59,177 nt of DNA, from positions 1 to 59,177 of the forward strand of contig CALGIA010000111.1 of assembly GCA_937916005.1 (NCBI GenBank), written 5' to 3'. This document shows, piece by piece, positions 39,815-48,676 of this stretch; positions within the stretch are counted from its first letter, which is position 1, and every line of letters starts with the position of its first letter. This DNA comes from an uncultured Rhodospirillaceae bacterium. Lineage in GTDB: Bacteria > Pseudomonadota > Alphaproteobacteria > MPNO01. A model generated the notes under the pieces. The model ran no database searches, was not told the DNA's origin, and was given only the letters and a program-made list of their open reading frames with translations. A program made the translations under genes and the position numbers.

Positions 39815-39969
39815 TAGACCAACAGGTGGTTTCGTTGCATCAGGCCGCGCACCCGGGCGACCATGAAATGCGGTTCCGCCGTGATCACGCGCTTGGCCAT
39901 CAGATCATTGATTTTGACGACCGCGCTCTTGCGCTCGCTGGTGGACGAGACCGGTTGGTGTAGTCGCAT
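39814..39969 (-). pseudogene. possible truncated CBS-domain gene fragment (51 codons)
   Basis: The small ORF MRLHQPVSSTSERKSAVVKINDLMAKRVITAEPHFMVARVRGLMQRNHLLV* matches the first half of a CBS motif (hhDhM...VIThxP...h..A..hM....h). Third-position GC is about 80% by hand count, against about 62% for the opposite-strand frame. It stops at the TAA that abuts the repeat element. Confidence 0.35.
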
Positions 39970-39980
39970 CTTCCATTATT

Positions 39981-40400
39981 TTACTTCTCCTGGCCGGATC
40001 GCCATGCCGCATAGCCGCCGGCGAGCGATGAGACGTCGCTGAACCCCATATCGTGAAGTGTCTTGGCCGCAAGGGCCGACCGACCTCCGGTGCCGCAATA
40101 GAGGATGAGGCGATACTCCGGGTTGAGCGCGGCGTTGTGGCTCGGGCTCTCCGGATCGGCCTGAAATTCCAGCAGCCCGCGGGGCGCATGCACCGATCCA
40201 GGGATCAGCCCATCATTCTCCCGTTCGACGGTTTCGCGGACATCGACCAGAACCGTCTCGTCATCATCAAGAAGAAAGTCCAGATCCTGCACTGACACCG
40301 TTGTGATCAGTGCATTGGCCTCCGCCAGGAGCTGCTTGAATCCTCTTTTTAGCATTTCGTCGCATCCTGTAATCGTTTTTTGCCAATCTCGGGATGACAA
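39981..40400 (-). CDS. rhodanese-like sulfurtransferase domain protein
   Basis: The ORF carries the active-site loop LYCGTGGRSA and VLVDVRE. ATG 40355 (MLKRGFKQLL..., AGGA upstream) is a likely alternative start. Confidence 0.85.
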   Translation of the reverse strand: MSSRDWQKTITGCDEMLKRGFKQLLAEANALITTVSVQDLDFLLDDDETVLVDVRETVERENDGLIPGSVHAPRGLLEFQADPESPSHNAALNPEYRLILYCGTGGRSALAAKTLHDMGFSDVSSLAGGYAAWRSGQEK

Positions 40401-40647
40401 CTCTATCGGTACAACGGGCCTGGCAAATTGATCTCGATCAAACCCAGCCGCCCGATAATCGTTTATCCGCTTATTGTCGGAGATCCGAAATCATTTTGGT
40501 CGCTGTCGGAATCCGGGTTCGGTTATAGAGCGATGTTCCACTGCTTCTGATTGAAGCCCGCTGGTTACTCCATACGCGGAGCTTCCAGTGTCTGCTTCCA
40601 CTCAATTTTGAACGCCTGAAAAGTGCGATTATCACAGCGCAAACGCC

Positions 40648-41166
40648 TTAATCCTCAATATTGAGTTCGGCGCCGTTGAGCATGACCTTGCGCTTGACCG
40701 GGGTTGGCTGAACCACCGCCTGCATGACGAAGCAGCCGGCTTCAGCCGCGCGGATACAGGCGGCCACGCGCTCGGGTGGATCGTCCGACTCGACCTCGAA
40801 CTCTATCTCGAAATCAACCGTTTTGGCCTGGATGGTGCCCTGCAGCACGGACCCGTCGGTGCGAAAGCCGGACCTGACGGTGACTTTCTGGTCCCGCAAA
40901 TTCACCTTCAGCATGTCGCTGTACCGATGAAGCTGGGTCAGGGCGCAAAAACCGACCGAGAGAAGAAAATAAGTCAGCGGCCGCGGCGCCGTATTTTCGC
41001 CTCCAAGGCGTTCGCCTTCATCCGCAAAGACCTCAAATTTGCTGGTCTCCGCCGGCTCGACAATAATTCCCTGTTTACGCAATCCACCGGCGGCGACGGT
41101 GACGATCTCCTGTCCAAACTGGCGTCCCTGCCAGGCATATTCCTTGGTTTGTTCCGTATCGGCCAT
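40648..41166 (-). CDS. OsmC/Ohr-family peroxiredoxin-like protein
   Basis: 172-aa ORF with GENTAPRPLTYFLLSVGFCA (first conserved Cys) and AEAGCFVMQ (second Cys). Confidence 0.82.
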   Translation of the reverse strand: MADTEQTKEYAWQGRQFGQEIVTVAAGGLRKQGIIVEPAETSKFEVFADEGERLGGENTAPRPLTYFLLSVGFCALTQLHRYSDMLKVNLRDQKVTVRSGFRTDGSVLQGTIQAKTVDFEIEFEVESDDPPERVAACIRAAEAGCFVMQAVVQPTPVKRKVMLNGAELNIED

Positions 41167-41293
41167 GTGTCATTCCTTTTCTGCAATTAGGATGCGCCCA
41201 TTCAAGCACACACTCCGCCCATTGGCGATCAGGACCATGGCCTGTAAAATGCATCAGACGGGATAAACGTCATTTCAAATCACGGGGAAGCTT

Positions 41294-42088
41294 ATGAGCG
41301 ATACAAATCAGACGATTTTGACCCGGGTTGAAGGCGGGGTCCATTGGTTGATCCTCAACCAGCCCGAAAAGCGAAATGCCATATCGCTGGACATGTCCAT
41401 GCGGGGGCTTGAGTTCGTCGAAGCTTTTGCCGCCGACGAAACAGCCAGGGTGCTTATTATCCGGGGCGCGGGCGAAGCGGCGTTCAATGCCGGCGCCGAC
41501 ATTTCCGAGTTCGCGGAAAGGCGCAACAACGCCGAAGCCGCTGCGGAATACGCGGCAATCTCGACCAGATTTTATGACGCCATCGCCACTGTGGAAAAGG
41601 CGACAATCGCCATGATCCACGGTTACTGCATGGGTGGCGGCGTCGCTCTCGCGGCCAGCTGCGACCTGCGGTTCTGTTCCGACGATGCCGTGTTCGCAAT
41701 TCCGGCGGCGCGGCTGGGCATCGGATACCGGGTCGATTTCACGCGCCGGATCACCGATCTGATCGGCCCGGCCTTCATGAAGGAGATGCTGTATTCAGCG
41801 CGCCGTTACAATGCCGGCGAGGCCGCCGGGCTGCGTCTGGTTAATCGCGTCATCGCGAAAGCCGGGCTGGAAGACTATGTGCGCAACTTCGCCGCGACCA
41901 TCGCTGACAACGCGCCCCTTACGGTCAGGGCCACCAAGGTGGTGGTGAATGAGCTCATGAAGGATTCCGGGGCCCGCGATCTCGATCACTGCCAGACCGT
42001 GATTTCGGCATGCGCGGACAGTGATGATTTCAAGAACGCGCGTCAGGCCTTCATGGAAAAGCGCAAGCCGGTCTTCACCGGCAAGTGA
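41294..42088 (+). CDS. enoyl-CoA hydratase/isomerase (crotonase) family protein
   Basis: 264-aa ORF with the crotonase fold (RNAISLDM, IIRGAGEAAFNAGADISEF, HGYCMGGGVALA). Confidence 0.88.
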   Translation: MSDTNQTILTRVEGGVHWLILNQPEKRNAISLDMSMRGLEFVEAFAADETARVLIIRGAGEAAFNAGADISEFAERRNNAEAAAEYAAISTRFYDAIATVEKATIAMIHGYCMGGGVALAASCDLRFCSDDAVFAIPAARLGIGYRVDFTRRITDLIGPAFMKEMLYSARRYNAGEAAGLRLVNRVIAKAGLEDYVRNFAATIADNAPLTVRATKVVVNELMKDSGARDLDHCQTVISACADSDDFKNARQAFMEKRKPVFTGK

Positions 42089-42185
42089 GGCCTGGGACAG
42101 GCGCCATGACCACGCCAATTGATGCGGCGCCCGAAAGGGTCTAGCCTTTGGGCGAGTGCGGCAATTTGGAGCATGGCGGAAGATC

Positions 42186-42995
42186 ATGGCGGTTATCCCC
42201 ATATGCGATGAGACCATTGCGGCCTATGACGCGGATGGCGTCGCGTTGTTGCGGGGCGCGTTTTTGGAGTCGTGGATTTCGCTGCTGCGCGAAGCGGTGG
42301 AACAGGTGATGTTTGAGCCCGGCCCGCTGTCGAAAAATTACGCCGAGCCGGGTCGGGGAAAGTTCTTTACCGACCACCACATGCACCACGGCAACCCGCT
42401 TTTTGCGCGCTTCATAAAGGAATCGCCGGCGGTTGAGATCGCGGCGCGGATGCTGAAAGCCCGCCGGCTGAACTATGTGGATGAACATCTTCTGGTCAAG
42501 GAACCGGGTACGGCAAACCCGACCTATTGGCATCAGGATCAACCATATTATGAAGTCGCCGGCACCCAGTTCGCGTCATTCTGGATCCCCCTCGACCCGG
42601 TGACGGCGGAGACCGGCGCGATGAAATTCGTCAAGGGGTCCCATCTCTGGGGCAAGCTGTACCGGCCCATACGCATCGGGCTTGGCGAGGTGGTCGAACA
42701 GGCGGATGTGCTGGACGGGCTCGCGCCGGATATCGATGCGGAACCCGGAAAATACGATATCGCCATGTTCGAGATGGACCCGGGCGATTGCCTGTTTTTC
42801 AATGGCGCGGTGCTGCACGGGGCCCAGCCGAATCTTTCCACCCATACACGTCGGCGCGCGCTGTCGCTGCGCTTTGCCGCCGACGATGTTACCTGGCAGC
42901 CGCGATCCTATATTCCATCGCGGCCGGAAACCGCCGATCTGGTGGCCGGCGGGCCGCTCGGCGGCGACGAATATCCGGAACTCTGGACCGCTTGA
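42186..42995 (+). CDS. phytanoyl-CoA dioxygenase (PhyH) family Fe(II)/2-oxoglutarate oxygenase
   Basis: From ATG 42186 (GGAAG upstream). The HxD motif is in WHQDQPY, with a distal His in FFNGAVLHGAQPN and RRALSLRF. Confidence 0.8.
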   Translation: MAVIPICDETIAAYDADGVALLRGAFLESWISLLREAVEQVMFEPGPLSKNYAEPGRGKFFTDHHMHHGNPLFARFIKESPAVEIAARMLKARRLNYVDEHLLVKEPGTANPTYWHQDQPYYEVAGTQFASFWIPLDPVTAETGAMKFVKGSHLWGKLYRPIRIGLGEVVEQADVLDGLAPDIDAEPGKYDIAMFEMDPGDCLFFNGAVLHGAQPNLSTHTRRRALSLRFAADDVTWQPRSYIPSRPETADLVAGGPLGGDEYPELWTA

Positions 42996-43016
42996 AACTA
43001 TGGAGGGCGCGGGGCC

Positions 43017-43613
43017 ATGCTGGTCATTCGCGGCCTGACGCGCGCCGGGCTGGAACCGTTTGATTTCGATCTCGCCGATGGCGAATGCGTGTCGGTGCGT
43101 GGTCCGTCGGGCGGCGGAAAGACCACATTGTTGCGCGCCATTGCCGATCTCGACCCCAGTACGGGCGACCTGTCGCTCGACGGGGCGGCGCGTGAGAGCA
43201 TGCCGGCGCCGCAATGGCGACGGGCGGTGTGTTACCTGGCGGCGGAGTCCGGGTGGTGGGAAGATGGCGTCGGCGCGCATTTCCCGGATCCAGATGCCGC
43301 GTGCGCACTGCTGCCCGAATTCGGTCTCGCCGGGGAGGCCCTTGAATGGCCGGTTTCCCGGCTGTCGACGGGGGAGCGTCAGCGGCTGGCCCTTGCCCGG
43401 TTGATTTTGATCGCGCCCCGCGTTCTGTTGCTGGATGAACCGACCTCGGGGCTTGATCCAGAAACGACCGAACTGGTTGAAAAGCTGCTGCGGGACCGGC
43501 TCGAAAATGGCGTGAGCATCCTTATGGTTACCCATGACCGGGATCAGGAACGTCGCCTCGCCACGCGGAGTCTGCACGTGGAAAACGGGCGCGTGAGCGA
43601 GGAATCGCCGTGA
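43017..43613 (+). CDS. fetA: ABC transporter ATP-binding protein, FetA/YbbL-like
   Basis: 198-aa ORF with Walker A GPSGGGKTT, signature LSTGERQRLALA and Walker B LLLDEPTSGLD. It is paired with a YbbM-type permease gene. Confidence 0.72.
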   Translation: MLVIRGLTRAGLEPFDFDLADGECVSVRGPSGGGKTTLLRAIADLDPSTGDLSLDGAARESMPAPQWRRAVCYLAAESGWWEDGVGAHFPDPDAACALLPEFGLAGEALEWPVSRLSTGERQRLALARLILIAPRVLLLDEPTSGLDPETTELVEKLLRDRLENGVSILMVTHDRDQERRLATRSLHVENGRVSEESP

Positions 43614-44413
43614 ATTTCATTATCCTCAGCCCCGTCGATATTGCGATTGCGGCAACGCTGCTGATCCTGAATGCTGCCCTGTCGATCTTCCTCCGGTTGC
43701 GGCTCGAAAAACAGATGCTGGTGGCGGCGGCTCGTATGGTGGTCCAGCTGTTGCTGATGGGGTTGGTGCTGAAGACCCTGTTTAATCTTGATTCGGCGCT
43801 TTTTACGTCATTGACCGCCCTGTTCATGATGCTGTTCGCCGGGCGCGAGGTGATGGCGCGGCAAAAGCGCCGGCTTAAAGGCTGGTGGTCCTATGGGCTG
43901 GGAACGTCCAGCATGGTGTTCTCCTGTACCTTGGTAACGGTTTTCGCCCTGACCACCCAGGTCCGGCCGGATCCGTGGTATGAAGCGCGAATTGCCTTGC
44001 CCCTGCTCGGCATGATTCTGGGTAACACCATGACCGGCGTCGCCCTGGGGATCGACCGGCTGTTGACCGGTGCGGCGGCGGAACGATCGGCGATCGAGGC
44101 ACGGCTGGCGCTGGGACATCCCCGGGCCGAGGCCTTCGGCAACGTCATTCGAGAGGCCATGCGAACCGGAATGATCCCGACCGTCAATTCCATGTCGGCA
44201 ATCGGGTTGGTTTCCATACCCGGCATGATGACCGGCCAGATACTGGCCGGAGTTGCGCCCATGGAGGCGGTGAAGTACCAGCTACTGATCATGTTTCTGA
44301 TTGCCGGTGGCACCGGCTTCGGTGTGCTTGCCGCCGTGTTGGTGGGTGCCGGGCGGCTGACCGATCAGCGCCATCGCCTGCGGCTGGACCGGTTGCGCGC
44401 CAGCTCGGATTAG
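43610..44413 (+). CDS. fetB: UPF0014/YbbM-type ABC permease, FetB-like (putative iron export)
   Basis: 267-aa polytopic membrane ORF. GTGA overlap with the ATPase gene. Conserved LGMILGNTMTG and IPGMMTGQILAG stretches typical of YbbM/FetB. Confidence 0.72.
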   Translation: MNFIILSPVDIAIAATLLILNAALSIFLRLRLEKQMLVAAARMVVQLLLMGLVLKTLFNLDSALFTSLTALFMMLFAGREVMARQKRRLKGWWSYGLGTSSMVFSCTLVTVFALTTQVRPDPWYEARIALPLLGMILGNTMTGVALGIDRLLTGAAAERSAIEARLALGHPRAEAFGNVIREAMRTGMIPTVNSMSAIGLVSIPGMMTGQILAGVAPMEAVKYQLLIMFLIAGGTGFGVLAAVLVGAGRLTDQRHRLRLDRLRASSD

Positions 44414-44427
44414 AGCTGATCGAAACT

Positions 44428-45576
44428 TCAGGAAATTACCGCCAGGTCCCCTTCCGGGGTGCGGCCGTGGCGCATATAAAAGCGCAGCGCCTTCAGGGCC
44501 GGTTCGTCCGATGACACGAACAGGATCGCGTCATTCGAGGGTGATCCGTTGGCGTGTTCGACCCATTCGCCGCCGGGGACGCAGAACGTATCGAATGGAT
44601 TCCAATCGAAGCGCCGGCCACCGATGATGGAATGGCCGGACCCTTCGATCACCGTATAGATCAGGCTGGCATTCTGTTTCGATGCCAATGTCGCTTCCCC
44701 CGGCCGCAGCATCTGGGCAAAAAACGTCATGGTCGAATAGGGCGCCTGGCCCGTTGTTGGATCGACATATTCGACCAGCACCCCGTCATAGAGGCTGCCG
44801 TCCCGGTCGCGCAGGTTTTCCAGCGCCTGGCGGGTCGGTTCCCACCGATAGACATACATGGGGGATGCATCCCCGGTCCCCCGGTGATGGGACTCAGACC
44901 GGGGCAACAGGCCGCCATTGCCGTAGACCCGTTGGGAATAGTCGTTGGGGAAGCGGGCTTCCTGCACATCCTTGAGAATTTTCTCGCCCTTTTCATCTTC
45001 CTCGAAATAATCATGTTCGAAATAGGTGGCGTTCAGCGTGTTCACCAGCGGCATGTCCAGCACACTGAGATTGACCGCACCGCCTTCGCCCTCATTGCCG
45101 TGATTATGCCACGTGTCATGGGGTGTCAGCACCAGATCGCCGAACCCAAAGGTGATGTCCTCACCCTCGACGCCGGTGAAATTGGTGCTGCCGGTCAATC
45201 CGAACCGGATCGCGTTGGGCGAATGGCGGTGGGCGGGCGCAATTTCATTGGGGTTGTTGATGCGATAGGCCGCGAACATGGTCGTGGTGGTGGCGATCTG
45301 GCCTTCCAGGGCCGGGTTGCACATGATCAGGGACCGTCGCTCGGAATCATACATGTCGATCAGCTCACCGGCCTTTTCTAGGCAGGGAAAGACATCGGCA
45401 TATTTCCAGATATGGGGGACCGCCTTGGTAAATTTCTGGAGATTGTTCGTCGCTTCGTGTTCGGTCTCATTGTTGGCCGACCAGAATTCATAGAGATTCA
45501 GCGCCTGGGTGCGCTCATGGAGGATGGCAAGCTCCGAATCCCGATTGTGGTGGCGTGATGTTTTAGCGACGGTCAT
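44428..45576 (-). CDS. bicupin dioxygenase, gentisate 1,2-dioxygenase-like
   Basis: About 382 aa from ATG 45576 (GGGGAG RBS). Cupin metal motif APAHRHSPNAIRF...TPHDTWHNHGN, plus a second cupin barrel. Confidence 0.72.
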   Translation of the reverse strand: MTVAKTSRHHNRDSELAILHERTQALNLYEFWSANNETEHEATNNLQKFTKAVPHIWKYADVFPCLEKAGELIDMYDSERRSLIMCNPALEGQIATTTTMFAAYRINNPNEIAPAHRHSPNAIRFGLTGSTNFTGVEGEDITFGFGDLVLTPHDTWHNHGNEGEGGAVNLSVLDMPLVNTLNATYFEHDYFEEDEKGEKILKDVQEARFPNDYSQRVYGNGGLLPRSESHHRGTGDASPMYVYRWEPTRQALENLRDRDGSLYDGVLVEYVDPTTGQAPYSTMTFFAQMLRPGEATLASKQNASLIYTVIEGSGHSIIGGRRFDWNPFDTFCVPGGEWVEHANGSPSNDAILFVSSDEPALKALRFYMRHGRTPEGDLAVIS

Positions 45577-45608
45577 GACGGTCTCCCCCGATTGAGGGAA
45601 AAATCCTA

Positions 45609-46475
45609 TCACGAAGTGCGGGATTCCCGCCAGGAAATGAACCAGCCGCTGGCAAAGATGATCCCCGCGCCGATCCAGGTCCAGAATTCGGTGGGTTGGG
45701 AAAAAATTATCCAGGCCAGCAGTGCGCCGAACGGCAGGCGCAGGAAGTCAAACGGCACTACTGCGCTGGCGTCGGCCGCCGCAAATGACCGCGCCTGGCA
45801 GAAATGGGCAGACCAGCCGGCCAGCGCCATGATGAGCATCAGGGGGACGTCTTCCCATGACGGCGTGACCCAGAAAAACAGGGAGATCACCAGCGCCACG
45901 GGCAGCATGAACATGTTCATGTAGAACACGATGATCGCCGCCGAATCCGTCCTGGTGAGAATTTTTACCGAGGTCCACGCCCCGGCATAGAACGCCGCCG
46001 AGGCGATCGCCACCATCGCCGGAAAGCTGATGTCCTGAAACCCCGGACGGATGATCACCAGCGCGCCGGCGAACCCGATTGATGTGGCGAGCCAGCGCGG
46101 CGCATCCACCACTTCCCCCAGGATCAGGGCGGCGGCAATGGTGGTGAACAGGGGGATCAGGAATGAAAACGCCGTAGCGTCGGCGACCGTCACATGGGCC
46201 AGCGCATAGAAAAATCCCAGCATGCCGATGAAGGCGAAGCCGGTGCGTATCAGATGCAAGGGGATGCGCCTGGTCTGCAATGCCCGAAAGCCGAATTTTC
46301 CGATCAGGGGGATGATCATGAACAGGCCGATAACCGCCCGCATCAGAACGATTTCCACAGCGGGAAATTTAACCGTCAGCCCCCGCACCGCGACCGAAAG
46401 GACCGCGAACGACATGGCGGTCAGAACCATCCAGAACACGCCGCGTGCGAAGGATTTGGTGGGGGGGCTGTTCAT
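45609..46475 (-). CDS. DMT-superfamily (EamA) transporter
   Basis: 288-aa ORF with 10 predicted hydrophobic helices. It shares GFAGALVIIRPGF and WVTPSW with the upstream paralog. Confidence 0.85.
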   Translation of the reverse strand: MNSPPTKSFARGVFWMVLTAMSFAVLSVAVRGLTVKFPAVEIVLMRAVIGLFMIIPLIGKFGFRALQTRRIPLHLIRTGFAFIGMLGFFYALAHVTVADATAFSFLIPLFTTIAAALILGEVVDAPRWLATSIGFAGALVIIRPGFQDISFPAMVAIASAAFYAGAWTSVKILTRTDSAAIIVFYMNMFMLPVALVISLFFWVTPSWEDVPLMLIMALAGWSAHFCQARSFAAADASAVVPFDFLRLPFGALLAWIIFSQPTEFWTWIGAGIIFASGWFISWRESRTS

Positions 46476-47353
46476 GACGCCGTCTGCCGCGCCACGCGGG
46501 CTTCACGGCGCAGGATATAGGTCGTGCTGCAAATGATGATCGCGCCGCCAAGCCAGATGAAACCGTGTGAGACTTCGTGGAACAGGAACCAGCCGAACAG
46601 CGCGGTGAAGATCAGCTTGGAAAAATCAAGCGGGGCGATGACGCTGGCCGGGGCCAGACGATAGGCGCGGCCCATGAAAAAATGCGCCGTGGTGCCGAAA
46701 ATGCCGAGCGCCAGTATCCAGGGCATATGATTCCATGACGGCGTCACCCAGCCGGGGATGGCAAGCGCCAGGGTCAGGGGCAGGGCGATCAAATTCATAT
46801 GAAACGCCATCACCCCTACATGGGTGTTGGCGATGGCGCGGGTGGTCAGATGCACCCCGGCATAAAGTGCGGCGGCCGCCAATGCGACCAGCGCTTCCGG
46901 TCCAAGTCCATCGAACCCGGGGCGGATGATCACCAGCGCGCCGGTAAACCCGACCGCCGTTGCGGCCCAGCGATGCAGCCCGACCTTTTCGCCCAGAAAC
47001 AGCACGCCGCCCAGTACGCAAAACAGCGGCAGGGTGAATTGCAGCGCGACGGCATCGGACATCGGCAGCAGGCTGAGCGCCAGAAACCAGACCACCACCC
47101 CGGCGAAATTGAGCAGGCTGCGGAGCCACAATATCCGATGATTATCCGCCCGAAACGCCTCTTTTCCGGCGCGCAATGCCCAGGGAAGCTGGAAAAGAAG
47201 GCCGATGGCGGCGCGGAAGAACGCGATCTCGAAGACCGAATAGTTCGGCGACAGGGATCGGACAGCGGCGATCATGATGGAAAACGACGCAGCTTGCCCC
47301 AGCATCCACATGGCGCCGCGCACCGGCGCGGGAAGGGAGGAAAGCGCGGTCAT
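46472..47353 (-). CDS. DMT-superfamily (EamA) transporter, tandem paralog
   Basis: 293-aa ORF with GFTGALVIIRPGF and WVTPSW. ATGA overlap with the downstream paralog. Confidence 0.85.
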   Translation of the reverse strand: MTALSSLPAPVRGAMWMLGQAASFSIMIAAVRSLSPNYSVFEIAFFRAAIGLLFQLPWALRAGKEAFRADNHRILWLRSLLNFAGVVVWFLALSLLPMSDAVALQFTLPLFCVLGGVLFLGEKVGLHRWAATAVGFTGALVIIRPGFDGLGPEALVALAAAALYAGVHLTTRAIANTHVGVMAFHMNLIALPLTLALAIPGWVTPSWNHMPWILALGIFGTTAHFFMGRAYRLAPASVIAPLDFSKLIFTALFGWFLFHEVSHGFIWLGGAIIICSTTYILRREARVARQTAS

Positions 47354-47370
47354 GTTGCCTCCCGAAAGGG

Positions 47371-48582
47371 TCAGCGCGCGCGGCCCATGCCCAGCAGGCG
47401 CAGACGCAGGGCGTTCAGTTTTATGAACCCTTCGGCATCGCGCTGGTTATAAACCTCATCCGCCTCGAAGGTGACATGGTCGACGGAATACAGGCTGTTG
47501 GGCGATTTGCGACCGGCGACATTGACCGAGCCTTTATAGAGCTTGAGCCGGACCGTGCCCGAGACATGGGCCTGGCTCTGATCAATCGCGGCCTGCAGCA
47601 TCTCGCGCTCCGGCGCGAACCAGAAACCGTTATAGATCAGTTCCGCATAGCGCGGCATGATCTCATCCTTCAGATGGGCCGCGCCGCGATCAAGGGTAAT
47701 GCTCTCAATGCCGCGATGGGCGGCCAGCAGCAATGTGCCGCCCGGGGTTTCGTACACCCCACGGGATTTCATGCCCACATAACGGTTTTCAACCAGATCG
47801 AGCCGGCCGATGCCGTGGGCGCCGCCCAGCTCGTTCAACCGGGTCAGCAGCGCCGCCGGAGACAGTTTTTCGCCGTCGATTGCAACCGGATCTCCGGCGG
47901 TGAATTCGATCTCGACATATTGCGGTTTATCGGGCGCGGCCTCGGGCGATACGGACCGGGTGAACATGTCTTCATGGGGTTCCACCCAGGGATCCTCCAG
48001 CACTTTGCCTTCATAGGAAATATGCAGAAGGTTGGCGTCGGTGGAATAGGGCGCTTCGCCGCGCTTGTCGTTGGCGATGGGGATCTGGTGGGATTCGGCA
48101 TATTCCAGCAGCTTGGTGCGGGAATTCAAATCCCATTCCCGCCACGGCGCGATGATCTTGATGTCGGGGTTCAGCGCATAGTAGCCGAGTTCGAACCGGA
48201 TCTGGTCATTGCCCTTGCCGGTGGCCCCGTGGGACACCGCATCGGCGCCGGTTTCCCGGGCGATTTCGATCTGGCGCTTGGCGATCAGCGGCCGCGCGAT
48301 AGAGGTGCCCAGCAGATAGAGCCCCTCATAGACCGTATTGGCCCGGAACATGGGAAACACGAAATCGCGCACGAACTCCTCGCGCAGATCCTCGATATAG
48401 ATTTCGCTGGCCCCGCCGGCCTGGGCCTTCTTGCGGGCGGGTTCTACTTCTTCGCCCTGGCCGAGATCGGCGGTGAACGTCACCACCTCGCAATTATAGG
48501 TTTCCTGCAGCCAGCGCAGGATCACCGAGGTGTCGAGTCCGCCGGAATAAGCCAGCACGATTTTATTTACATCGCCTGTCAT
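47371..48582 (-). CDS. argG: argininosuccinate synthase
   Basis: 403-aa ORF with the ATP-PPase motif [10 protein letters not shown] and [12 protein letters not shown]. Confidence 0.97.
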   Translation of the reverse strand: MTGDVNKIVLAYSGGLDTSVILRWLQETYNCEVVTFTADLGQGEEVEPARKKAQAGGASEIYIEDLREEFVRDFVFPMFRANTVYEGLYLLGTSIARPLIAKRQIEIARETGADAVSHGATGKGNDQIRFELGYYALNPDIKIIAPWREWDLNSRTKLLEYAESHQIPIANDKRGEAPYSTDANLLHISYEGKVLEDPWVEPHEDMFTRSVSPEAAPDKPQYVEIEFTAGDPVAIDGEKLSPAALLTRLNELGGAHGIGRLDLVENRYVGMKSRGVYETPGGTLLLAAHRGIESITLDRGAAHLKDEIMPRYAELIYNGFWFAPEREMLQAAIDQSQAHVSGTVRLKLYKGSVNVAGRKSPNSLYSVDHVTFEADEVYNQRDAEGFIKLNALRLRLLGMGRAR

Positions 48583-48646
48583 GGCGCACTTTCCTTAAGC
48601 ATGTGGTCTATCGGGTGTCTATCCGGATTGGCGGCGCAGTATAGGC

Positions 48647-48676
48647 AAAAGCCCGGTCGCGGCAAGATCGGGCTTA
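48647..48676 (-). terminator. weak candidate intrinsic terminator after the DsbA-like gene
   Basis: The minus strand reads TAAGCCCG-(13-nt loop)-CGGGCTTTTGCC, a 7-bp stem overlapping the stop codon followed by TTTT. Confidence 0.35.

Noticed and set aside
39295-39963. 222-aa + strand ORF spanning the tRNA-Arg gene and the palindromic element
   Set aside because: It starts inside the tRNA, crosses low-GC non-coding DNA and reads through perfect palindromes. Beyond the element its third-position GC (about 62%) is lower than that of the opposite strand frame (about 80%).
39357-40650. Integrated island with att sites at tRNA-Arg
   Set aside because: I looked for a downstream direct repeat of the tRNA 3' end (GGTTCGAATCCTGTCGGGCGCACCA or its last 12-15 nt) and found none. 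No integrase or excisionase ORF is present either. Only the compositional shift remains, and it is reported as a finding with moderate interest.
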